Part shown: in pieces, positions 42,027 through 53,732 of the stretch
Layout of the letters: each line of letters starts with the position of its first letter
Numbering within the stretch: position 1 is the stretch's first letter
From: Eledone cirrhosa
Taxonomy: Eukaryota
Assembly (NCBI GenBank): GCA_964016885.1
Contig: OZ024740.1
Span: forward strand, 5,208,001-5,272,000
Length of the DNA stretch: 64,000 nt
Reading direction: 5' to 3'
Notes under the pieces: model-generated
What the model saw: only the letters and a program-made list of their open reading frames with translations
What the model was told of the DNA's origin: nothing
Databases searched by the model: none
Made by a program: the position numbers and the translations under genes

Positions 42027-43311
42027 TCTCACCCACTGCTGTGTGTTGATCTCTCTCTCTCACTGCTGTGTGTTGATCTCTCTCTCTCACCCACTGCTGT
42101 GTGTTGATCTTTCTCTCTCACCCTCTGCTGTGTGTGTTGATCTCTCTCTCTCACGCACTGCTGTGTCTGTTGATCTCTCTCTCTCACCCACTGCTGTGTG
42201 TTGATCTCTCTCTCTCACTGCTGTGTGTGTTGATCTTTCTCTCTCATCCACTGCTGTGTCTGTTGATCTCTCTCTCTCTCTCTCACCAACTGCTGTGTCT
42301 GTTGATCTCTCTCTCTCTCTCACTGCTGTGTGTGTTGATCTCTCTCTCTCATCCACTGCTGTGTAGGTTGTTCTCTCTCTCTCTCACCCACTGCAGTGTG
42401 TGTTGATTTCTCTCTCACCCACTGCTGTGTGTTGATCTCTCTCTCTCTCTCACTGTTGTGTGTGTTGATCTCTCTCTCTCATCCAATGCTGTGTCTGTTG
42501 ATCTCTCTCTCTCTCTTACCAACTGCTGTGTCTGTTGATCTCTCTCTCTCTCTTACCAACTGCTGTGTCTGTTGATCTCTCTCTCTCTCTCACTTCTGAG
42601 TGTGTTGAACTCTCTCTCTCATCCACTGCTGTGTCTGTTGTTCTCTCTCTCTCTCACCCACTGCTGTGTCTGTTGATCTCTCTCTCTCACCCACTGCTGT
42701 GTCTGTTGATCTCTCTCTCTCTCACCCACTGCTGTGTGTGTTGATCTCTCTCTCTCTCACCCACTGCTGTGTCTGTTGATCTCTCTCTCTCACCCACTGC
42801 TGTGTGTTGATATATCTCTCTCACCCACTACTGTGTGTGTTGATCTCTCTCTCTCACCCACTGCTGTGTGTGTTGATCTCTCTCTCTCTCTCTCACCCAC
42901 TGCTGTGCCTGTTGATCTCTCTCTCTCACCCACTGCTGTGAATGTTGTTCTCTATCTTTCTCATCTACTGCTGTGTCTGTTGATCTCTCTCTCTCTCTCT
43001 CTCTCTCTCACCCACTGCTGTGTGTGTTTATCTCTCTCTCTCTCACCCACTGCTGTGTGTTGATCTCTCTCTCTCACCCACTGCTGTGTCTGTTGATCTC
43101 TCACTCTCTCTCACTCTCTCTCTCTCTCACCCACTGCTGTGTGTGTTGATCCTCTCTCTCACCCACTGCTGTGTGTTGAGCTCTCTCTCTCATCCACTGC
43201 TGTGTCTGTTGATCTCTCTCTCTCACCCACTGCTGTGTGTGTTGATCTCTCTCTCTCACCCACTGCTGTGTGTTGATCTCTCTCTCTCACCCACTGCTGT
43301 ATCTGTTGATC

Positions 43312-43363
<52 letters not shown>

Positions 43364-43799
43364 ACACACTGCTGTCTGTTGATCTCTCTCTCTCACCCAC
43401 TGCTGTGTCTGTTGATCTCTCTCTCTTACCCACTGCTGTGTGTTGATCTCTCTCTCTCACACACTGCTGTGTGCGTTGATCTCTCTCTCTCACCCACTGC
43501 TGTGTCTGTTGATCTCTCTCTCTCACCCACTGCTGTGTGTTGATCTCTCTCTCTCACCCACTGCTGTGTGTTGATCTCTCTCTCTCACACACTGCTGTGT
43601 GTGTTGATCTCTCTCTCACACCCACTGCTGTGTCTGTTGATCTCTCTCTCTCACCCACGGCTGTGTGTTGATCTCTCTCTCTCACCCACTGCTGTGTGTT
43701 GATCTCTCTCTCTCACTCACTGCTGTGTCTGTTGATCTCTCTCTCTCACCCACTGCTGTGTGTGTTGATCTCTCTCTCTCACCCGCAGCTGCGTCTGTT

Positions 43800-43845
<46 letters not shown>

Positions 43846-44021
43846 ACCCACTGCTGTGTGTGTTGATCTCTCTCTCTCACCCACTGCTGTGTGTTGAGCT
43901 CTCTCTCTCACCCACTGCTCTGTCTGTTGATCTCTCTCTCTCAGCCACTGCTGTGTGTGTTGATCTCTCTCACCCACTGCTGTGTGTTGATCTCTCTCTC
44001 TCACCCATTGCTGTATCTGTT

Positions 44022-44087
<66 letters not shown>

Positions 44088-45618
44088 ACTGCTGTGTGTT
44101 GATCTCTCTCTCTCACCCACTGCTGTGTCTGTTGATCTCTCTCTCTCACCCACTGCTGTGTCTGTTGATGTCTCTCTCTCTCTCTCTCTCTCTCACCTAC
44201 TGCTGTGTGTTGATCTCTCTCTCCCACCCACTGCTGTGTGTGTTGATCTCTCTCTCTCACCCACTGCTGTGTCTGTTGATCTCTCTCTCTCACCCACTGC
44301 TGTGTCTGTTGATCTCTCTCTCTCTCTCTCTCTCTCTCACCCACTGCTGTGTGTTGAATTCTCTCTCTCACCCACTGCTGTGTGTGTTGATCTCTCTCAC
44401 CCACTGCTGTGTGTTGATCTCTCTCTCTCACCCACTGCTGTGTCTGTTGATCTCTCTCTCTCTCTCTCTCTCCCCCTCTCACCCACTGCTGTGTGTTGAT
44501 CTCTCTCTCTCACTGCTGTGTGTTGATCTCTCTCTCTCACCCACTGCTGTGTGTTGATCTCTCTCTCTCACGCACTGCTGTGTCTGTTGATCTCTCTCTC
44601 TCACCCACTGCTGTGTGTTGATCTCTCTCTCTCTCTCACTGCTGTGTGTGTTGATCTCTCTCTCTCATCCACTGCTGTGTCTGTTGATCTCTCTCTCTCT
44701 CTCACCAACTGCTGTGTCTGTTGATCTCTCTCTCTCTCTCACTGCTGTGTGTGTTGATCTCTCTCTCTCATCTACTGCTGTGTAGGTTGTTCTCCCTCTC
44801 TCTCTCTCACTGCTGTGTGTGTTGATCTCTCTCTCTCATCCAATGCTGTGTCTGTTGATCTCTCTCTCTCTCTCACCAACTGCTGTGTCTGTTGATCTCT
44901 CTCTCTCTCTCACTTCTGTGTGTGTTGAACTCTCTCTCTCATCCACTGCTGTGTCTGTTGTTCTCTCTCTCTCTCACCCACTGCTGTGTGTGTTGATCTT
45001 TCTCTCTCACCCACTGCTGTGTCTGTTGATCTCTCTCTCTCACCCACTGCTGTGTGTGTTGATCTCTCTCTCTCACCCACTGCTGTGTCTGTTGATCTCT
45101 CTCTCTCACCCACTGCTGTGTGTTGATATATCTCTCTCACCCACTGCTGTGTGTGTTAATCTCTCTCTCTCACCCACTGCTGTGTGTGTTGATCTCTCTC
45201 TCTCTCTCACCCACTGCTGTGCCTGCTGATCTCTCTCTCGCACCCACTGCTGTGACTGTTGTTCTCTATCTTTCTCACCTACTGCTGTGTCTGTTGATCT
45301 CTCTCTCTCTCTCTCTCTCTCACCCACTGCTGTGTGTGTTGATCTCTCTCCCTCACTCACTGCTGTGTGTTGATCTCTCTCTCTCACCCACTGCTGTGTC
45401 TGTTGATCTCTCTCTCTCTCCCTCTCTCTCTCACCCACTGCTGTGTGTTGATCTCTCTCTCTCACCCACTGCTGTGTGTGTTGATCTCTCTCTCTCACCC
45501 ACTGCTGTGTCTGTTGATCTCTCTATCTCACCCACTGCTGTGTGTTGATCTCTCTCTCTCTCACCCACTGCTGTGTCTGTTGATCTCTCTCTCTCTCTCA
45601 CCCACTGCTGTGTCTGTT

Positions 45619-45700
<82 letters not shown>

Positions 45701-46335
45701 TGCTGTGTGTTGATCTCTCTCTCTCACCCACTGCTGTGTCTGTTGATCTCTCTCTCTTACCCACTGCTGTGTGTTGATCTCTCTCTCTTACACACTGCTG
45801 TGTGTGTTGATCTCTCTCTCTCACCCACTGCTGTGTCTGTTGATCTCTCTCTCTCACCCACTGCTGTGTGTTGATCTCTCTCTCTCACCCACTGCTGTGT
45901 CTGTTGATCTCTCTCTCTCACCCACTGCTGCGTGTGTTGATCTCTCTCTCTCACCCACTGCTGTGTGTGTTGATCTCTCTCTCTCACCCACTGCTGTGTG
46001 TTGATCTCTCTCTCTCACCCACTGCTGTGTCTGTTGATCTCTCTCTCTCACCCACTGCTGTGTGTGTTGATCTCTCTCACCCACTGCTGTGTGTGTTGAT
46101 CTCTCTCTCTCACCCACAGCTGTGTCTGTTGATCTCTCTCTCTCTCTCTCTCTATCTCTCACCCACTGCTGTGTGTGTTGATCTCTCTCTCTCACCCACT
46201 GCTGTGTGTTGAGCTCTCTCTCTCACCCACTGCTCTGTCTGTTGATCTCTCTCTCTCCCCCACTTCTGTGTGTGTTGATCTCTCTCACCCACTGCTGTGT
46301 GTTGATCTCTCTCCCTCACCCACTGCTGTATCTGT

Positions 46336-46373
<38 letters not shown>

Positions 46374-46665
46374 GACTGCTTTCTGTTGATCTCTCTCTCT
46401 CACCCACTGCTGTGTCTGTTGATCTCTCTCTCTTACCCACTGCTGTGTGTTGATATCTCTCTCTTACCCACTGCTGTGTGTTGATATCTCTCTCTCACCC
46501 ACTGCTGTGTGTGTTGATCTCTCTCTCTCACCCACTGCTGTGTCTGTTGATATCTCTCTCTCTCTTTCTCTCTCTCTCTCTCACCTACTGCTGTGTGTTG
46601 ATCTCTCTCTCCCACCCACTGCTGTGTGTGTTGATCTCTCTCTCTCACCCACTGCTGTGTCTGTT

Positions 46666-46731
<66 letters not shown>

Positions 46732-46884
46732 TCTCACCCACTGCTGTGTGTTGATCTCTCTCTCTCACCCACTGCTGTGTGTGTTGATGTCTCTCTCTCA
46801 CCCACTGCTGTGTGTGTTGATGTCTCTCTCTCACCCACTGCTGTGTCTGTTGATCTCTCTCTCTCACCCACTGCTGTGTCTGTT

Positions 46885-46928
<44 letters not shown>

Positions 46929-47030
46929 ACTGTTGTGTGTTGATCTCTCTCTCTCACCCACTGCTGTGTGTTGATCTCTCTCTCTCACCCACTGCTGTGT
47001 GTGTTGATCTCTCTCTCTCTCACCCACTGC
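25450..47030. repeat. 21.6-kb satellite, ~31-33-bp unit GAT(CT)nCACCCACTGCTGTGT(CT/GT)GTT with variable embedded (CT)n and higher-order blocks
   Basis: Direct periodicity. Source of all LISLSHPLLC / RERDQHTQQW ORFs. Confidence 0.97.
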
Positions 47031-47084
47031 TCACTAATATAAGCAAATGGGGGCCTACACATTTGCCACCCTCGCAGTTCAGTA

Positions 47085-47460
47085 GAACAGAATAGAGAAG
47101 GTGTTTCCCCAGAATATGGTGAGGGAGATGTGCTGGAAGTGCCATTCCAGCTTGCGAGGCTCACACCTGCGGGTAGCCAACTCTGTGCCAATGGTGGTGA
47201 GTAGGGAGGTGGTCCTAAAGCCAAGGACAGCTGAAGTCTCCACTGCCAAGGGGTACCGATGGTGGTGAGTAGGGAGGTGGTCTGAGGACCAAGGACACCA
47301 GAAGACTCCACAGGTATGGGCTTGACCACAAACCTATCAGAGAGCGACCGATATTTGGAGAGTTTACCCTCCTTGGCACGAAGTGCAGCAGAACGTAGAT
47401 TAGTGACAGACTGCACCAGGTTGCCGCTAGAGAAAGTGTTGCTGCATGTAGAATCTCAGA
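47085..47460 (-). mobile_element. Remnant of a CRE-like (restriction-like endonuclease) non-LTR retrotransposon C-terminus
   Basis: Minus translation *DSTCSNTF..SAALRAKEGKLSKYRSLSDRFVVKPIPVESSGVLG, then EPRKLEWHFQHISLTIFWGNTFSIL. This resembles the WDxTCxDT..AAxxAExxKxxKY..FxPxxxExxG..QRxSxxxxRGN pattern. Confidence 0.65.
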
Positions 47461-47652
47461 TGAAGGGAGGGTTGGGAAGGTGTCTGTGTGTGTTCACAAC
47501 TGCATGGCACCTAAACTCCTATATGAAAGCATGGAAGATATGAAGGTCAACTGAAATGTTCATCGGCTGGCTATGGAATGATGCTGGAGCTGTGAAATCT
47601 TGCATGCATTAATGTCAATCCTCCTTACTAATAACTGCATTGTTTTTTTCCA

Positions 47653-47736
47653 GGGACTATGTTGAAAAATAAACCTCATTTGGTCATTCCTTGAGAATAT
47701 CTTAATCAGCCTATGAACTTTCCAGCCACCCTCATA
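47653..47736 (-). mobile_element. Mariner/Tc1-type terminal fragment
   Basis: Minus strand begins TATGAGGGTGGCTGGAAAGTTC, resembling mariner TA-CGAGGG..AAAGT termini. No partner TIR or transposase seen. Confidence 0.5.
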
Positions 47737-47962
47737 CAACCAAGTCCTACTCAATTGCTGATAACAGTTGAAGAAGTATAATAGTTTTTGTTGCACTCTA
47801 CCTGTATCTTTTTCCTGGTTACCCAAACAACACATGTGACCATTTCACCTTTCCCCTCACTTTCACCATAGTTAACAATATTCTATTATCTTCAAGTACA
47901 ACACAATCTCTATTGCACTCACAGCTTACACTCCTGGCTTACCAATATTATTCTTACCACAA

Positions 47963-49330
47963 GGGCGGTGGATTGGCAGTATTGGTAGAGGGTCAGATGC
48001 CATGGTAGGTGGTGGATTGGCAGTATTGGTAGAGGGTCTGACACCATGCTAGGGTGGTGGATTGGTAGTATTGGTAGAGGGTCTGACACCATGGTAGGGT
48101 GGTGGATTGGTAGTATTGGTAGAGGGTCTGACACCATGTTAGGTGGTGGATTGGCAGTATTGGTAGAGGGTCTGACACCATGCTAGGGTGGTGGATTGGT
48201 AGTATTGGTAGAGGGTTTGACAGCATGTTAGGTGGTGGATTGGTAGTATTGGTAGAGGGTCTGACACCATGTTAGGTGGTGGATTGGCAGCATCGGTAGA
48301 GGGTCAGATGCCATGCTAGGGTGGTGGATTGGTAGTATTGGTAGAGGGTCTGACACCATGGTAGGGTGGTGGATTGGCAGTATTGGTAGAGGGTCTGACA
48401 CCATGTTAGGTGGTGGATTGGCAGTATTGGTAGAGGGTCTGACACCATGCTAGGGTGGTGGATTGGTAGTATTGGTAGAGGGTCTGATGCCATGTTAGGT
48501 GGTGGATTGGCAGTATCGGTAGAGGGTCAGATGCCATGCTAGGGTGGTGGATTGGTAGTATTGGTAGAGGGTCTGACACCATGCTAGGGTGGTGGATTGG
48601 CAGTATTGGTAGAGGGTTTGACAGCATGTTAGGTGGTGGATTGGTAGTATTGGTAGAGGGTCTGACACCATGTTAGGTGGTGGATTGGCAGTATTGGTAG
48701 AGGGTCTGATGTCATGCTAGGGTGGTGGATTGGCAGTATTGGTAGAGGGACAGACGCCATGCTAGGGTGGTGGATTGGTAGTATTGGTAGAGGGTCTGAC
48801 ACCATGGTAGGGTGGTGGATTGGCAGTATTGGTAGAGGGTCTGACACCATGGTAGGGTGGTGGATTGGCAGTATAGGTAGAGGGTCTGACACCATGTTAG
48901 GGTGGTGGATTGGCAGTATTGGTAGAGGGACAGACGCCATGCTAGGGTGGTGGATTGGCAGTATTGGTAGAGGGTCTGACACCATGTTAGGGTGGTGGAT
49001 TGGCAGTATTGGTAGAGGGTCTGACACCATGTTAGGTGGTGGATTGACAGTATTGGTAGAGGGTCTGATGCCATGCTAGGGTGGTGGATTGGCAGTATTG
49101 GTAGAGGGTCTGACACCATGTTAGGTGGTCAATTGGCAGTATTGGTAGAGGGTCTGATGCCATGCTAGGGTGGTGGATTGGCAGTATCAGTAGAGGGTCA
49201 GATGCCATGTTAGGTGGTGGATTGCCAGTATTGGTAGAGGGTCAGATGCCATGTTAGGTGGTGGATTGGCAGTATTGGTAGAGGGTCAGATGCCATGTTA
49301 GGTGGTGGATTGGCAGTATTGGTAGAGGAT
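47963..49330 (+). repeat. Minisatellite, 44/45-bp unit (GGTGGTGGATTGGCAGTATTGGTAGAGGGTCTGACACCATGCTAG), ~31 copies, derived from a SINE head
   Basis: Direct periodicity. Each unit has an A-box-like TGGCAGTATTGG, and the last unit continues into the SINE body. Confidence 0.9.
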
Positions 49331-49480
49331 CATATGCAATGCTTTGCAACATAGAGTTACGGGCCTTTACGATCTGAGTTCAAATCCCACCAAGGTTTAC
49401 TTAGCCTTTCATTCTTACGGGGTCGATTAAATAAAGTACCAGGGATAATTGCTGGCCTTGTGCCAAAAGTAGAAACAATT
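49297..49480 (+). mobile_element. tRNA-derived SINE (Nin/Deu-domain type)
   Basis: A box TGGCAGTATTGG, B box GAGTTCAAATCCC (49376-49388), central GCCTTTCATTCTTACGGGGTCGATTAAATAAAGTACC, 3' TGGCCTTGTGCCAAAA..GAAAC. Confidence 0.7.
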
Positions 49481-49620
49481 ATTCGTACCACAATTTGATA
49501 TACACAAAACAACCACACACTTTATCTTAAACACCCTTTCACATATAGACATACATATATATAGACATACATACATATAGATATGATGGCTGCCCCCTCG
49601 TTATCGAGTATGGCCATTGC

Positions 49621-49652
49621 ACAAAAAAAAAAAAAAAAAAAAAAAATTAAAA

Positions 49653-49703
<51 letters not shown>

Positions 49704-49731
49704 AAAAAAAAAAAAAAAAAAAAGGGAAAAG

Positions 49732-49764
<33 letters not shown>

Positions 49765-49886
49765 TATACATATATACATATATACACATACATATACACA
49801 CACACATGCATACACATACATACATATATACACACACACATACATACACACACACTCACACATATATACACACATACATTAATAAC

Positions 49887-49944
<58 letters not shown>

Positions 49945-50023
49945 GCAATAATAATAATAACGACAACAACAATAATAATATACATATTCATATATATATA
50001 CACACACACGCACGCACATAAGC

Positions 50024-50062
<39 letters not shown>
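49621..50062. repeat. Compound microsatellite (A)n/(AAT)n/(TA)n/(CA)n inside the RTE-C 3' UTR
   Basis: Direct observation. Confidence 0.9.
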
Positions 50063-50063
<1 letters not shown>

Positions 50064-50071
50064 GATAGCAA

Positions 50072-53000
50072 CTAACAGTGCTGCGATCGAATGTGGCTTT
50101 TTAGCCCAGCCAATGATCCAAAATGTCTTGCACAGAGTCGGCAACCAAAACATTTACTGGGAATAGTCGGCTGTGGTTGGAGTTCGTGTACTTTTGCATG
50201 TCGCTTGAGTCCTCCTGCTGATTTACATTCTCTACCACATGTTTGGCAAGCATGATGAGTAGCATCTCCAACAGCAGCCTGGTAGTCAACCACTGGTCTT
50301 ACTTTATGACTGCGAAGATGACTTTCGAGTCCAGCTTTGCTTAGGCAGAGTCTCGCACAGACGCTGCATGTCAGAAACATAGGAGGACCCTCGCCGTCTG
50401 GAAGTGCAACAGCAATACCCTTCCTCACGTCCCGCTTTACTTTCTCGTGTGCGATTCGAGATGCCTCAAAGGCAACTTTTCCCTCATATACAGTCTTTCT
50501 CCATTTATTACGATCAGCAGCAACATTTTCCCATGTATCAGCAGAGATATTAGCGTCTTTCAGAGAGGCCTTCAAGGAATCCTTATACCTCTTTTTTGGT
50601 TTATGTGGCGGTCGTTTTCCTTTAACCAACTCTCCATAGAAGAGTTGTTTTGGTATTCTAGAATCCTTCATCCTGGCAAGGTGACCACTCCAACGGAGTC
50701 GCTGCTTAAGCACAAGAGCTTCTATACTGTCACACATAGAGCTTTCCAAAATCTCGACATCACTGATGTGGTCCCTCCAGTGAACGCCATGTATCCGTCT
50801 GAGACACATCTGATGGAAACGCTCCAATTGCTTAAGGTGGCGTCGATATGTGACCCAGGTCTCGCAGGCATAAAGAAGACAAGAGAGTACACATGCCCTG
50901 TACACCCTTACCTTTGTCCTCCTGCATATGTCTCGCCGACCCCAGAGTCGCCTTTCTAGCTTTCCGAAAGCATCACTTGCTTTCCTAATCCTAAGTGAGA
51001 TTTCACCGTCAAGGTTGCCGTATCGATTGACAGTGCTTCCCAGGTAGACAAACTGATCAACCACTCCAAGTCGTTTGCCATACACATAGATGTTTGGTTC
51101 AGTGTACTGCCTACCAGGTGCAGGTTGGTACATGACGACGGTTTTCTTGAGACTGACAGTCAAACCCAGGGCAGTGCAAGCGTCAGAAAATACATTCAAA
51201 ATGTGCTGCATATCACTCTCTGTGTGCGCTACAAGATCGCAATCATCTGCATACAAGAGGTCTCTTATGACTGATGTAAATACTTTTGTCTTCGCAGCAA
51301 AGCGCCTGATGTTAAATATGCTGCCTGAGGTTCGATATCGGATGTAAACACCATGCTCGCAATTCCTGAATGCAACACAGAAAACCATTGCAAAGTATAT
51401 GGCAAACAGGGTCGGTGCTGGAATATCCCCCTGTTTCACTCCATTTTTTTTTTTTTTTTACTGAGATAGGCTCCGACATGTTACCTCCGACATTAACCCA
51501 AGCCTTCATGTCGTCATGGAAAGACCTAACTAAAGCAAGGAACTTATCAGGGCAACCAAGTTTCTGGAGAACCTTCCATAATGCATCTCTGTTGACAGTA
51601 TCGAAAGCCTTTGTCAGATCGACAAAAACCTGATACAGATCCAAGCCCTGTTCAATGCACTTCTCCTGGAGCTGTCTAGCTGAGAAGATCATATCAGTAG
51701 TGCCGCGTCCAACACGAAAACCAGATTGACTTTCAGGAAGGACACAATCTGCAATGTGTGTCAGCAGACGGTCCAGAAGCACCCTACATAAAACTTTCCC
51801 CACGACAGAAAGCAATGATATACCTCTGTAGTTCCCACAATCATTCCTGTTACCCTTTCCCTTGTACAAGACCACCATTACTGCATCTCTCCAGTCCTCA
51901 GGCACGGATTCATTAGCCCATATCCCTCCAAACAGAGAGTGAAGATGTTGCAGGAGTCTCTCACCACCATATTGTAGGAGCTCAGCATGTATGCCATCCA
52001 TACCTGGAGATCTTCCACTGTTCAGCTTCGAAATAGCCACTGCAACCTCCACAAGTGTCGGAGGTTCTGCGAGAGCTACTTTCACAGGACTTTCCGGAAT
52101 GAGATTGAGGAAATCTTCACTGACGACAGACGGCTGATTCAAAAGATCATCAAAGTGCTCTCGCCACCTTCGTAGAATTCCCTGTGAGTCACGAAGAAGT
52201 TCTTTGCCATCCTTGCTGCGAATCGGTGTCACCAGAGAAGAAGACGGTCCATAAACCTCACGCAAGAGACTGTACAACAGCTTTGTGTTATTGCAATCAG
52301 ACACAGTTTGTATCTCACCAGCCTTCTCACTCCACCACTGATCCTTCATCTGAGAAAGACTCCGCCTAACACGTGATTTTACATCCCTGAGCTCCTCATG
52401 CAACGTATTCCTCTCCTGTGGTCTTGCCGTCAAGTAGCGTGACAGAGCGCGCCTCTTATCAGCCAACAAGTCATCTATATGCACATCTTTCTCATTAAAC
52501 CAGTCCTGATGTTTTCTCTGCACCAATCCCAGAACACGTCTGCCTACATCATAAACCGACTTTTTAAGGGTCGGCCAATCCTCACCAAGATCTGCAGCCT
52601 GCATCTCTTCTTCCAATGTCCTCTTCACATTTTTATCCTTAAGACGAGCAGCATTCAATCTTTTGGGCAGGGTAACACCAGGAGCCCGGATTTTACGTTT
52701 GGTGATTAGATTCACTTTTGCGCGTACCAGGCGGTGGTCCGTCCAGCACTCAGCTCCACGAAGAACACGAACACACCGCACATCCTGTCTGTCACGCATC
52801 CTGACTAGGACGTAGTCCAAAAGATGCCATTCCTTAGATGCAGGATGCATCCATGTGGTCTTGAATTTGTTCTTTTGTTGGAACATGGTGTTGGTAACAC
52901 ACAGATCCAGCTCCTCACACATCTGCAGCAAGAGCATACCATTGCTGTTACACCTTCCCACCCCATGCCTTCCGATTACATTCCATGTGTTAAAATCCCT

Positions 53001-53323
53001 ACCCACTCTAGCATTAAAGTCACCAAGCACGATGACTTTGTCTGCCTGAGGGATATTTCTTAAAACACCTTTCAAGGCATGGTAAAAGGACAGTTTTTCT
53101 TCATCGACAGAATTCATAGTTGGAGCATACACACTCACCAGGGTAGCATATCTTCCCTTGTCCAGCGGAACTCTCATGGACATAAGACGCTCACTAATCC
53201 CCACTGGGAATTCTTCTAATTTATTCACCAGTACAGTCTTAACAGCAAATCCTACCCCAGCCTCTCTTCTGGTTCCTTCATCTCTTCCTTTCCAGAAGAA
53301 TGTATATTCTCCACAAAATTCCG
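50072..53323 (-). pseudogene. APE-RT-3xC2H2 polyprotein of RTE family C, split by one frameshift at a 16-nt homopolymer (51444-51459)
   Basis: ORFs 51312-53714 (real part starts at TEFCGEYTFFW) and 50072-51439 join at SV[K]n-NGVKQG. No other stops over ~1080 codons. Confidence 0.85.
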
Positions 53324-53324
53324 T

Positions 53325-53732
53325 AGACATATATACATATAGACATACATACATATAGACATACATATATATAGACATACATACATATAGACATACATAC
53401 ATATAGACATATATACATATAGATATACATATAGACATATATACATATAGACATACATATATATAGACATACATACATATAGATATACATACATATAAAC
53501 ATACATATAGACATACATACATATAGACATACATATATATATAGACATACATACATATAGACATATATACATATATATATATACATATAGACACACATAC
53601 ATATAGATATACATACATATAAACATACATATAGACATACATATATATAGACATACATACATATAGACATATATACATATAGATATACATATAGACATAC
53701 ATACATATAGACATACATACATATAGACATAC
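53325..53732. repeat. Compound ATAGACATAC/ATAC microsatellite (related pieces at 49541-49582, 54907-55075, 57047-57188)
   Basis: The same ACATATAGACAT(AC) motif occurs in all four tracts. Confidence 0.88.

Larger units (their letters stand above)
49583..53323 (-). mobile_element. RTE-clade LINE family C (BovB-like), near full-length ORF, 3' UTR interrupted by microsatellites
   Basis: APE motifs (GVGFAV, SVYAPT, GDFNARVG, LLDYV, TDHRLV), RT motifs (YRGISLLS, QSGFR, DLTKAFD, KQG, YADD) and three C2H2 fingers. The 3' terminus is at 49583-49620. Confidence 0.92.

Noticed and set aside
25475-47030. Dozens of LISLSHPLLC / RERDQHTQQW ORFs
   Set aside because: Translations of the satellite. (CT)n length changes shift frames at random.
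25450-47030. CRISPR-like repeat/spacer appearance
   Set aside because: The variable parts are (CT)n tracts, not unique spacers. No cas genes, and the context is eukaryotic.
47919-49119. (MVSDPLPILPIHHPS)n repeat protein
   Set aside because: Mixed 44/45-bp units break the frame. The unit is better explained as a SINE head.
49297-49390. tRNA gene
   Set aside because: A and B boxes are present, but there is no cloverleaf and it continues into a SINE body.
53324-53714. N-terminal ~130 aa of the 800-aa ORF (and of ORF 54110-55072)
   Set aside because: Read-through of flanking microsatellite, not part of the LINE protein.
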